A stretch of DNA of 50,169 nt from a virus: IMG/VR virus record IMGVR_UViG_3300037311_000346; one strand, written 5' to 3'. This document shows, in pieces, positions 32,063-40,716 of the stretch. The position numbers and the translations under genes are program-made. The notes beneath the pieces are model-generated. The model ran no database searches. It had not been told where the DNA came from and saw only the letters and a list, made by a program, of their open reading frames with translations. Each line of letters starts with the position of its first letter. Positions within the stretch are counted from its first letter, which is position 1.

Positions 32063-32413
32063 TCAGGCGACCTCCTGCTCGAGCTCGACGACCGCCGAAG
32101 CGCCCTCGCGCCCGTAGGTGATCCGCAGCGCCGGCTCGGCGAAGGCGACTCGCATCGGCGTCGCGCGCGCTCCGGTCAGCGTGAAGTAGCTGCGGACGCC
32201 GGCCGTCCCCTCGAACATCGAGTGGAGGATCTCGGCTTGCGGCTGGCTCATCCGCTCGAGCCGGACGCGCCACCGCGAGCGCGGGAACTGCTGGCGCCGC
32301 TTGCCGAAGACGGCCGAACTCGTCGCGTCGCCGACGACGCCGTCGAGCTCCCGGACCTCGACGACCGGGAAGGCGATGGCGCCGGCGCGCAGCGTCGCAG
32401 AGCGGAAGATCAC
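32063..32413 (-). CDS. Neck/tail-associated protein (116 aa) sharing a domain with the C-terminus of the 1215-aa giant protein
   Basis: RSRWRVRLERMSQPQAEILHSMFEGTAGVRSYFTLTG...VAFAEPALRI...VVELEQEVA compared with RDGWTLTGFVSGAELAALQAQFDRLGSETPFNLDAG...YVFASPSIRA...RVEMAVQEVL. Confidence 0.5.
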   Translation of the reverse strand: MIFRSATLRAGAIAFPVVEVRELDGVVGDATSSAVFGKRRQQFPRSRWRVRLERMSQPQAEILHSMFEGTAGVRSYFTLTGARATPMRVAFAEPALRITYGREGASAVVELEQEVA

Positions 32414-33048
32414 GAGCGCGGCCTCGCGGTTGCTCGCCGGATCGCGGCGATCGTTTCCTGGCCTCGGATGCGCCCCATCTCAGCCGAGCTCCAGTCCCGC
32501 CGCAGCCCCCAGCGTGCGGGCATCTCGACGCGGTCGACGAAGACGAAGAGGAAGACGAGCTCGCCCGGCTGGCTCGGGTCCTTGCGGACGATGAAGCCGC
32601 GCCCGGTGTGGTCGTTGTAGACGAACGTCTCGCCGGTCGCGCGCCACTCGCGCGGCGAGAGGATCTGCAGGCCCGACGGATCGAGGTTGGCCGCCAGCGG
32701 GATCGTCAGCGCGCGCGCCGCGACCGGGCGAATCTCGCCGCCGAACTCGTGGAGTGCGCCGTAGCCGCGCGTGATGAAGATCCGCAGCGAAAGGTCGGCG
32801 AGCTTCGAGCCGCGCTGCACGACGTGCCGCGTGCCGTCGCGCGCAAGCGCCCCGGAGCGGCTCTGCAGGTGATCGGCGGCGCTCGGCCGCGACGGCGAGT
32901 AGGCGCCCCGGATCAAGTCCTGGGCCCGTCCGTCGAACTCGATGCCGATCTGCGCGAACGCGAACGCGAGGTCCGGCTCGAGGCCGTCGCCGAGCTTCTC
33001 GATGGCGCGCCGGAAGGCCGCCTCGTTGAGTACGACGAACTCGGTCAC
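32410..33048 (-). CDS. Head-tail joining / virion morphogenesis protein candidate (212 aa)
   Basis: The real part of track ORF 32410..34260 starts at GTG 33048 (GTGA overlap): VTEFVVLNEAAFRRAIEKLGDGLEPDL... The assignment is positional. Confidence 0.5.
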   Translation of the reverse strand: MTEFVVLNEAAFRRAIEKLGDGLEPDLAFAFAQIGIEFDGRAQDLIRGAYSPSRPSAADHLQSRSGALARDGTRHVVQRGSKLADLSLRIFITRGYGALHEFGGEIRPVAARALTIPLAANLDPSGLQILSPREWRATGETFVYNDHTGRGFIVRKDPSQPGELVFLFVFVDRVEMPARWGLRRDWSSAEMGRIRGQETIAAIRRATARPRS

Positions 33049-33665
33049 CCGGTGATCCTCCGAGAACGGATCGGATCGAGCGCCAGCTTCACGATCTCGA
33101 GGAGCCCGGCGGGCCCGCTCCACGCCGAGCGGCCGCGCCCGGTGTTCTGCGCCACCGACCCGAGGCTCTCGCGCCGGGCGAGCATGTACTGGGTCTGCTG
33201 CGCGACCGCGTTCGCGACGAAGCCGTAGGGACTCGTCAGCTCGCCACCAGAGGTCGCGAGAAGCGTGTTGCGGTCGGGCACGAGACCAGCGGAGTAGACG
33301 ACGCGAAGCGCGTCCTTCCCCTCGATCAGCGGGTAGTCGAACGCCACGCGCCCGATCTCCGACCGCAGCGAGTAGTCGGAGGCGGGCACGAGCGCGGACG
33401 TGACCCAGCTCTGGGCCGGGTCGTTGTGGATCGAGGCGATCGCCGTCACCGGGTATGCGCGGAGGAGCACGGACGCTTGGAGGTCGGCGACGTCGTAGAG
33501 CTCCGTGCGCTGCGAGACGATCACCGGCCGACCGAGGTAGTCCTCGACGAGTCGCGAGGCCGTGGCGATCGCGAGCTCGACGTGCGACTTCGGCTCGGCC
33601 GTCGACGAGAGCCGCGTCTCGCCGACGTAGGCGCGGAAGAAGTCCCAGGTGATCAGGTTCGCCAC
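33045..33665 (-). CDS. Head-tail connector (gp6-like adaptor) candidate
   Basis: HVELAIATASRLVEDYLGRPVI fits the common head-tail connector N-terminal pattern. Lies in the neck gene block. Confidence 0.55.
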   Translation of the reverse strand: MANLITWDFFRAYVGETRLSSTAEPKSHVELAIATASRLVEDYLGRPVIVSQRTELYDVADLQASVLLRAYPVTAIASIHNDPAQSWVTSALVPASDYSLRSEIGRVAFDYPLIEGKDALRVVYSAGLVPDRNTLLATSGGELTSPYGFVANAVAQQTQYMLARRESLGSVAQNTGRGRSAWSGPAGLLEIVKLALDPIRSRRITG

Positions 33666-33674
33666 GAGTCGCGG

Positions 33675-34139
33675 TCACTCCTCCGGAGCGGGCTCGATCG
33701 CGCTCAGGTCGAGGTCGTCGAGGGCCGGCGGGATGACGTCGGCGTCGTCTCCGGTCGCGAGCAGCGCGTCGGCGCTGCGCTCTCGCTTCGAGCGCGTGTC
33801 GGGCCGCGCGCGACCCATGCGCTCCTCGTAGACCGCCTGCCAGCGGCGCGGCCAGGAGGCGCGATCGACGGGAACGACGCCCTCCGGCGCCGGCTCCAGG
33901 TTGTGGAGGTAGCGCGCGATGAACGGGTCGTCGGCGCGCACCGCATAGGCGGGGACGTCGCGCTTGACCGGCCGCTTGTTCGCGTCGTAGCGGACGATCT
34001 CGCGGTGCGGCCCGCGCCCGCGGAGCGTCCCGTCCGGCCAGGCGATCGAACGGTCGGGGCGCACCTGGAGGATTTGCACGTCGGCGGCCTTGGAGGACGC
34101 CGGGCGCGCGGTCTTGCGCGGTTGAGCTTTGGCAGCCAT
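33675..34139 (-). CDS. Hypothetical protein (154 aa)
   Basis: Track ORF with a basic N-terminus and an acidic C-terminus. Confidence 0.6.
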   Translation of the reverse strand: MAAKAQPRKTARPASSKAADVQILQVRPDRSIAWPDGTLRGRGPHREIVRYDANKRPVKRDVPAYAVRADDPFIARYLHNLEPAPEGVVPVDRASWPRRWQAVYEERMGRARPDTRSKRERSADALLATGDDADVIPPALDDLDLSAIEPAPEE

Positions 34140-34156
34140 CGGAGAGCGGGTAGGGA

Positions 34157-34567
34157 TCAGGCCTCGGGAATGCGGACGAGCGCGTCGAACGTGGCAGCGG
34201 AGAGCACGGGCCCCTTCTGACCGACGCGGATCGCCGTCGCCACGATACCAGTGACGCCACTGAGCGACGTGATCGCGAGGAAGATCCAGGGGTGCGGCAG
34301 CGCGCGCGCCTCGAGCAGGATCCGCTTCCGCGTCCCGGTCACGGCGACGCCGGAGAACGGAACGGCGGCGGCGTCGAGGAAGCTCGAGGTCGGTCCGGCC
34401 AAGATCGCGATGTCGCCTCCGACCGCGCCCAGGAACTGGAGGTCGACCAGGACGCCGTCCCAGCCCGCGATGTTCACGCCGGGGCCGACACCAGCGCCCG
34501 TGTAGGTGCCGAGCGGGAGGAGCACCTGGGCGTCTGCGAGCAGGGCGAGATTGGAGGCGGACACCAT
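34157..34567 (-). CDS. Hypothetical structural protein (136 aa), a possible head accessory protein
   Basis: Track ORF, Gly/Ala/Val-rich and beta-like. GGAG lies upstream of ATG 34567. Confidence 0.55.
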   Translation of the reverse strand: MVSASNLALLADAQVLLPLGTYTGAGVGPGVNIAGWDGVLVDLQFLGAVGGDIAILAGPTSSFLDAAAVPFSGVAVTGTRKRILLEARALPHPWIFLAITSLSGVTGIVATAIRVGQKGPVLSAATFDALVRIPEA

Positions 34568-34660
34568 GTGAAAGGCTCCGAAGGCGAGAGGGAAGGACGA
34601 CGGGCCGGCGCCGACCGAGAGATCGACGTCGGCCCGTCAGGAGACGCTGCCGGGATCGGC

Positions 34661-35119
34661 TCAGCCCGGGTTGCCGGCGTACCGCTGGACGTTGCCGGCG
34701 GCGAAGACGCCCGCCGCCGAGATCGCGTTCAGGGAGTCGCCGGGGCTGAAGCCGGCCTGCGCCGCGGCGACCGCGACGGTGCCACCGGCGCCTGCCGTGA
34801 ACGTGAAGCGCCCGTAGCGCGCGAGCTGCGTCGACTCCTTGACGTTGACGACCAGCAGATACTGCCGGTTGTCGTTGCCGTCCGGGATGGCGAACGAGAT
34901 CGCGGGCGAGGCCGCGGCGTAGCCCGAGCCCGACGTCGCCGAGCTCTGCAGCGCGACGGTCAGCGCGTCGTTCATGGTGCCGAGGATCAGCGTGAGGACG
35001 ACGTAGTCGGCCTTCGAGAGGTCGATCTCGGCGCCGTTCGAGGTCGCGCCGGCGGAGATGGTCGTCTGCGCGAGCGCCGGAGCCTGCGTCGGCACGAGGA
35101 GGGTAGCGGGATCTTGCAT
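34661..35119 (-). CDS. Hypothetical structural protein (152 aa), a possible decoration protein
   Basis: Track ORF directly downstream of the capsid gene. Ala/Ser/Thr/Gly-rich and beta-like. Confidence 0.55.
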   Translation of the reverse strand: MQDPATLLVPTQAPALAQTTISAGATSNGAEIDLSKADYVVLTLILGTMNDALTVALQSSATSGSGYAAASPAISFAIPDGNDNRQYLLVVNVKESTQLARYGRFTFTAGAGGTVAVAAAQAGFSPGDSLNAISAAGVFAAGNVQRYAGNPG

Positions 35120-35162
35120 GGCGGTCGGAGGGTCGAGGAGGTCGATGGGATGGACAACGTCG

Positions 35163-35191
35163 CGGGCCGCGCGTTGCGAGCGCGCGGCCCG
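35163..35191 (-). terminator. Perfect 11-bp GC hairpin just after the major capsid gene
   Basis: CGGGCCGCGCG ttgcgag CGCGCGGCCCG. It begins 11 nt from the capsid stop (35202). There is no T-tract. Confidence 0.4.
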
Positions 35192-35201
35192 GACCGCCAG
35201 A

Positions 35202-36548
35202 TCACGTCACGGTCGTGTTGAAGGAGTTCGCGACGCAGATCGCCTCGGGGTGCATGATGCCGACGTCGGCCTCGGTGTACGCCTTGAGGTAGGTCTGGTT
35301 CTTGCGGAAGGCGTCGCCGGCCTCGCGGCTCGCCTCGATGACGATCGTCTGGAAGAAGCCGATCATCACGGTCTCCCAGTTCGCGAGGATCAGGTCGCCG
35401 GCGGTGCCGCCCGCGAGCTGCGTCGAGGTCGCGTACGGGAAGCCGTAGAACTCGCCGCGGAGCGGACCGCGGCCGATGCCGCCGCCCGCCTCGGGCGTTC
35501 CGGCGCCGCGCACGCGCGAGTTGAAGAAGACCGGGTAGCCGTCGGTGCCCTTCGCGCGGAGTAGCGCGCGACGAACGGCCGGCGACATCGCCCAGCCGAT
35601 GCGACCCTCGAAGGCGTTCGCGTCCTCAAGGTCCCCGATCATGTTCTCGAGGAGCGTCGTGACGTTCTGCAGGTTCGACGGGTCGCCCGGCTCGAACCCG
35701 GACCACGACTCGGAGCCGATCCCGCCGGTGTTCGTCATGCCGACCGGCGAGCCGCCAGCGCCGGTCCCCTTGAGGACGGCGAGGTCGAGCTTGCGCGAGA
35801 GCGAGCGCACCATCATCCCCTGGATCGGGTTGCGCAGGTTCGGCGCCATCCGGAGGAGGCGGTTCGAGAGCGGGATCAGGGAGACGAGCCCGTGCGGCGT
35901 CATCCGCACGTTGCCCATGTTGAACGACTGGTCGTCCGCGCTCTCGATCTCGCCGACCCACTGCGCGTCGGGCGTCGAGTCGAAGCGGGGGATGTCGACC
36001 GGCGAGCCGGCGAAGCCGTCCTCGGTGGTCGCCCCGAGGAGCGACGCGATCGACTGCGCCTCGAGCGCCGGGATGATCGCGTTCGAGAGGTGGACGCTGG
36101 GGACGGCGAAGCCGCCGGCCGTGTCGACCTCGGCCTGCTGCGCCTTCTCCGTCGCCATCGACGTGAGGAGGAACTCGCCCGGCCACTGACGCTGCAGGTG
36201 CTTCGGCCACCGCTTCAGGTGCCCGACGATCGCCTTCGACAGGTCGAACTTCTCGCCGTAGTCGGCGAGCTTCTGCTCCGTGACGCCGCCCACGCCGTAC
36301 TCCTCGCCGATCGCGTCCGCGATGGAGCCCGCGCGCTTCTCGAGCTGCTCGCCGAAGGCCTTCACGGTCGGGTCGCGACGAAGCGCGGCGTCGAGGTCGT
36401 CGAACCGCTTCGCGAGCTGAGCGACCGTCGCGCCGGTGTCGGCGACGGCGCTCGCCACCAGCGACTTGAGCTTCGTTTCGGTCGCGGCGTCGCGAGCCGA
36501 GAGCGTGTCGCGGATCCAGGTTTCGAGGGTTTCGAGCGTCAGTTCCAT
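35202..36548 (-). CDS. HK97-fold major capsid protein (448 aa)
   Basis: Lies after the protease/scaffold gene. DTAGGFAVPSVHLSNAIIPALEAQSIASLLGA...VDIPRF...AQWVGEIE...GNVRMTPHGLVSLIPLSNRLL matches the HK97-family pattern. Confidence 0.85.
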   Translation of the reverse strand: MELTLETLETWIRDTLSARDAATETKLKSLVASAVADTGATVAQLAKRFDDLDAALRRDPTVKAFGEQLEKRAGSIADAIGEEYGVGGVTEQKLADYGEKFDLSKAIVGHLKRWPKHLQRQWPGEFLLTSMATEKAQQAEVDTAGGFAVPSVHLSNAIIPALEAQSIASLLGATTEDGFAGSPVDIPRFDSTPDAQWVGEIESADDQSFNMGNVRMTPHGLVSLIPLSNRLLRMAPNLRNPIQGMMVRSLSRKLDLAVLKGTGAGGSPVGMTNTGGIGSESWSGFEPGDPSNLQNVTTLLENMIGDLEDANAFEGRIGWAMSPAVRRALLRAKGTDGYPVFFNSRVRGAGTPEAGGGIGRGPLRGEFYGFPYATSTQLAGGTAGDLILANWETVMIGFFQTIVIEASREAGDAFRKNQTYLKAYTEADVGIMHPEAICVANSFNTTVT

Positions 36549-36578
36549 TGGGAGCGTCCGAGGGGCGGACGGCGCCGT

Positions 36579-37997
36579 TCAGGCGTGCACGTCCGAGAGG
36601 AGTGGCCCGAGTCGATCCATCGCTTCCTTCGCGGAGATCGTCCTCGGTTGGGAAGGGGTCCTCTCCGTGGGCACTCGACCGGCTGGGGCGCTCGAGGCGC
36701 GGGTCGTGCTGGAGGTTGGCGCGGCGCGAGTCACGCTCGCGCGGAGCTCGGCCATCTCGGCCGTCGCTTCGTCGAGCCTCGCCAGCGCCTTTGACATGAT
36801 GACCGCCGGGTCCGAGGTCGCACAAGAGGCCGCCCGCTCCTCGATACGGCCGAGCGTCTCGCCGAGGAGACCGACCAGCGCCCGCGCCTGCTCGTGGAGC
36901 GTGCGGAAGGCGGCGATCTCCGCCTTCGTGAGAGCCGCACCGATCTCGACGCTCTTCGGCGCCGCCGCCTCAGCCGCCGCGTCGGGAGCCGCGACCACGT
37001 CGTCGGCGACCGCCGCCTGCGACTCGACGTCCAGCTCCTCGTCGGCAGCATCGGCGTCGCGCTCGATTCCGTCGGCCTCGTCGAGCTCCGCCTCCTCGCG
37101 GCTTGCCCGCTCCGCCTCGTCGGCCTCCTTCGCGTTCTTCGCGCGCGGGTCCCAGACCCACTCGCCGACGTCGTGGAAGCTCTTCACGCGCGCGCGGGCG
37201 AGCTCCAGCCGGTGGTCGGGAGTCAGGCCGTAGGTAGAGCGGAAGAGCGCCGCCGTGCTGCTCTTGACGAGGCCGGCGCCGACGAGGTGCGCGAGCGCCT
37301 CGGCGACGCGACGGCGCGCGGCCCGCTCGTCCACCGCCTTCACCGCGAGCGACTTTTCGGCCGCCACGGGCAGCGCGTACGGGTTTGCCGGGACCGGCGC
37401 CTGCGAGAGCTCGAGCTGCTCCTGCCGCTCGAAGATCAGGCCGAAGCCGGGCATGCTAAGCTGCTTCTGCTCGTCCTCCGACGGGCGGCGCGACGAACGG
37501 CCGATGAAGCCGACCGAGACGCCCTTCGCGACCGGCTTCCCGCCCGGCATCCCGTCGCCGCTCGCCATCCGGTAGGCGAGCTCTCCCAGCTCGGAGACCT
37601 CGGCGCCGAGGTAGTGAACGTCCTGGATCAGCGCCGGCGCCTTGACGCCGCGGCCGATCGTCGTCGCGCCGATCTCGCTCGTCCGGACCGCGCCGACCGG
37701 CGGTTCCCACGACTGGTGGGCCCAGAAGAAGGGCCCGCCCGCCTTTATGAACTGCTTGACGTCCCACCCGGCCTGGACGATCAGGTCGCCCATCCGGTCG
37801 ACGACCTCGACCGACGCCGCGTAGCGGATCGAGCGAGCCTGCTTGTCGACGCCGACCGCCTTCAGCTCGAGGCCGAGGAATCGGACGGAGCCGACGGCCT
37901 TTGCCTCGAGGACCTCGATCTCCGGGAGTGCGGCGAGAGCGGAGCGGTCGGCGAGCCCGTAGGCGATCGCCTCCTTCAGGTTGAGGATGCGGGTCAT
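36579..37997 (-). CDS. Prohead protease (HK97/S78-like) fused to a scaffold-like acidic/helical C-terminal region
   Basis: FFWAHQSWEPPVGAV...GVSVGF...LELSQAPVPANPYA, then EADEAERASREEAELDEADGIERDADAADEELD. Confidence 0.8.
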   Translation of the reverse strand: MTRILNLKEAIAYGLADRSALAALPEIEVLEAKAVGSVRFLGLELKAVGVDKQARSIRYAASVEVVDRMGDLIVQAGWDVKQFIKAGGPFFWAHQSWEPPVGAVRTSEIGATTIGRGVKAPALIQDVHYLGAEVSELGELAYRMASGDGMPGGKPVAKGVSVGFIGRSSRRPSEDEQKQLSMPGFGLIFERQEQLELSQAPVPANPYALPVAAEKSLAVKAVDERAARRRVAEALAHLVGAGLVKSSTAALFRSTYGLTPDHRLELARARVKSFHDVGEWVWDPRAKNAKEADEAERASREEAELDEADGIERDADAADEELDVESQAAVADDVVAAPDAAAEAAAPKSVEIGAALTKAEIAAFRTLHEQARALVGLLGETLGRIEERAASCATSDPAVIMSKALARLDEATAEMAELRASVTRAAPTSSTTRASSAPAGRVPTERTPSQPRTISAKEAMDRLGPLLSDVHA

Positions 37998-38008
37998 GGC
38001 TGGGTAGG

Positions 38009-40714
38009 TCAGGCGCCGGTCAGCGCGTCGAACTCGTCCTGGGTGATCACGCCCTCATCGAGGTCGCGAGCGAGGCGCCGCGGCTTCAGGCCGCAGCGGC
38101 AGTTGATGAACTCGCCCGGGACGTCCGACGACTTGTCGCCCGGGTAGAAGAGGAGCGCGCCTGAGACGGGCGAGGTCCAGGGCTCGCCGACGCGCACCTT
38201 CGTCGCGTGGAGCTGAGCGTGGCTGGCTCGCGTGCGGCCGGCAGGCTCCGCCGGCTCGCGCGCGACCCATTCGTGCGAGATGAGCTTCCCCTCCTCGTAC
38301 CACGCGACGTGCTGCTCGTAGGTCGCGTTGCCGTCGACGAAGACCGTCTCGGTCCTCGCGATCGTGAGGGCGCGCCGGTCGGCCTTGTTGAACTGGTCGC
38401 GCGTCGCGTCCTCGAGCGGGCCGAGGACCGCGCGCACGCGCTCCCGAATCGACCCCGTGGCCTCCGGGTGCTCGGCGAGCGTGCGGATCAGCGCGGAGCG
38501 GACGCGCCTCGAGAGCGTCCCCTGGACGTCGTTGGCGAGCTTGACGCCCTGCGACTTGAGAGCTGCCAGCTTCGCCGGCGAGACCGTCGCGATCGTGGCA
38601 AGGCCCGTCTCCTTCGCGAGCGCCTGAAGCGTGTCCTCGAACACCTCGAGGTAGACGGCGCCGAGCTTCTCCGCCATCTCCTCGGCGTACTTCTTGGCCT
38701 GGAGCACGAGGAGCTGGTCGATCTCCGCCTCGGTCAGGTCGAGCGCGCGGAGCAGGACAAGGTCCTGGAGGCGCTGCAGGCCGCCGAGCTCCTCGACGTC
38801 CGCGTCGCCGAGCGCAGCCTTTCGCGCGTCGACGATCTCGCGCTCGACGCGGAAGAGCTGCTCGCCCGTGCAGGAGCGGACGACCGACCACAGGCGCGGG
38901 TCGTCAGCGTCGGCCGCCCGGACGGCCTCGCGCGTCGCGCGGTCCTCGTCCCAGGCGCGCGCAAGTCGGTCGAGGAGAGCGTCGTCCGGGTGCCCTCGGG
39001 TCTCGTAGAGCGCCGTCGCGCGAGGCTGCGGCGCGCTTTCGGCCTCTCCGGCGAGCTTCGCGAGGTGGGCGAGCTGGTCGCGGCGCGCCTCGCGCCAGAC
39101 GCGGCGGACGGCGCGCGCGATCGCCACGTCGCCAGCCTGGCGTCGCTTCTCGCTCGCCTCGTACCAGTCGCGCAGCTCGCGCGCGCTCGAGTCGGTCGGA
39201 GTCGCGGCGCGGAGAGCCTTCTCGGCGGCCGGCGCGTCCTCCTCGCCATCGTCGTCGGCCTCCTCTCCGTCGGTCGCTTCCTCGCCGGACGCCGGCGGCG
39301 CCTCGTCGCCTTGGGCCTCGTCCTCGCTGCCCGGGCTGGTCTCCTCCGACTGCTCGTCGTCGAGCCCGGCGCCCGCCGCACCGCCGGCGACGACGTCTTC
39401 AAGGCGCTGCAGCCCCACCCGGATGAGCGGGACATCCGAGCCCGGGATCTCCTTCGCGTCGAGGCCCTTCAGGCCCGAGACCTCGATGGCCTTCGCGAGC
39501 GGGATCCCGATGCCCTGGAAGAGCTGGATCGACTGCGCAACGGTCGCGAGGTCCTCGCGCAGCGCGCGGACGCCCGAGACGTCGTAGTAGGGCCAGCAAT
39601 TGCGCAGGCGCGTGTCGCGGAGCCGCTCGATCCACTCGCGGATCGTCTGCGCGATCAGCTCCTGGGTCGGCAGGATCGTCGTCTCCCAGAACCGGCGACG
39701 CTCGCCGTGGAAGGTCGCGTAGTTCGACGCGCCCTCGCCGAGCAGCGCGTCCGCCACACCGAAGACCGCCGAGATGTCCTTCTTCGACAGCCCGAGCAGT
39801 TGCGGGTACGCGAGGTCGCGCGCCGCCGCCCCTGTCGGAACGTACTTCGCGCCGTTGGTTAGGATGCGAGTCCGGCCGCGCTCCTTGGCCCGGTCCCACC
39901 CCTCCGCGATCTGCTCCTGGACACGCTCGAACTCGTCGGCGCCGATCTGCTCGCCGATCTCGACGTAGCCCTCCTTCTCGCCGCCTCGCTCCGCGATCTT
40001 CACGTTGACCAGGTTCGCGAGGTACATCGCCTCTGCCGCGCCCCAGGCCGCGCGCATCGGGCCGACGCCGCGGAACGGTCGGTCGGGGTCGTCCTCGCGC
40101 ACGAGCGCCGTTGCGGCGACCGGGAGCTCGCGGAACCCGCTGCCGGTGAGGATGCGCCACGTCGCCGGCGTGCCGTTCTCCCGGTCGAGCTCGAGGCGCT
40201 CCTCGCCACCGCGGAAGACGAAGAGGCGCTCCGGCAGCTCAAGTAGCGCGTCGGGGCCGACGCCGTAGGTGCGCGCCGGACGGCCGCTGGCGTCAAGGCC
40301 GACGATCAGCGCCTCGCCGTCGAGGTTCAGGTACTGCGCGAAGGCGTTCGAGAGGTTGCGCGGGTTCACGCCCGGGTACGGGCGCGCGAAGAGCTGAGCG
40401 ACCGGATGCGAGTCCGGGACGTTCGGCGAGTCGGGGTCCTGATCGACTCGGAACCGCAGGACACCCATGCGGAGCGCGCGCGTGATCTCGCGGATGCACG
40501 CGTAGACCCATCCGACCTGGCGGAACGGGTGTTCGAGGGTCTGCGAGGTGAACGGCGACCCGCCGTGCATCACCGACGGCCGCTCTTTCGCCCACGCCTG
40601 GAAGGAGCGGATCGTGACGGGGCCGCCGAAGCGGTCGCCGACGAACCGACGGTCGGGCTCGGTCTTCGCGGCGCGCGCCTTGGACGGTTTCGGTTTCGCG
40701 CGCGGCTTGGTCAT
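38009..40714 (-). CDS. Portal protein fused to a Mu F / SPP1 gp7-like head-morphogenesis domain (901 aa)
   Basis: The N-terminal ~480 aa are portal-like, downstream of TerL. An acidic linker lies at about 39225-39370. The C-terminal ALTIARTETV...RTRASHAQLHATKV...PGEFINCRCGLKP is Mu F-like. Confidence 0.8.
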   Translation of the reverse strand: MTKPRAKPKPSKARAAKTEPDRRFVGDRFGGPVTIRSFQAWAKERPSVMHGGSPFTSQTLEHPFRQVGWVYACIREITRALRMGVLRFRVDQDPDSPNVPDSHPVAQLFARPYPGVNPRNLSNAFAQYLNLDGEALIVGLDASGRPARTYGVGPDALLELPERLFVFRGGEERLELDRENGTPATWRILTGSGFRELPVAATALVREDDPDRPFRGVGPMRAAWGAAEAMYLANLVNVKIAERGGEKEGYVEIGEQIGADEFERVQEQIAEGWDRAKERGRTRILTNGAKYVPTGAAARDLAYPQLLGLSKKDISAVFGVADALLGEGASNYATFHGERRRFWETTILPTQELIAQTIREWIERLRDTRLRNCWPYYDVSGVRALREDLATVAQSIQLFQGIGIPLAKAIEVSGLKGLDAKEIPGSDVPLIRVGLQRLEDVVAGGAAGAGLDDEQSEETSPGSEDEAQGDEAPPASGEEATDGEEADDDGEEDAPAAEKALRAATPTDSSARELRDWYEASEKRRQAGDVAIARAVRRVWREARRDQLAHLAKLAGEAESAPQPRATALYETRGHPDDALLDRLARAWDEDRATREAVRAADADDPRLWSVVRSCTGEQLFRVEREIVDARKAALGDADVEELGGLQRLQDLVLLRALDLTEAEIDQLLVLQAKKYAEEMAEKLGAVYLEVFEDTLQALAKETGLATIATVSPAKLAALKSQGVKLANDVQGTLSRRVRSALIRTLAEHPEATGSIRERVRAVLGPLEDATRDQFNKADRRALTIARTETVFVDGNATYEQHVAWYEEGKLISHEWVAREPAEPAGRTRASHAQLHATKVRVGEPWTSPVSGALLFYPGDKSSDVPGEFINCRCGLKPRRLARDLDEGVITQDEFDALTGA

Positions 40715-40716
40715 GG

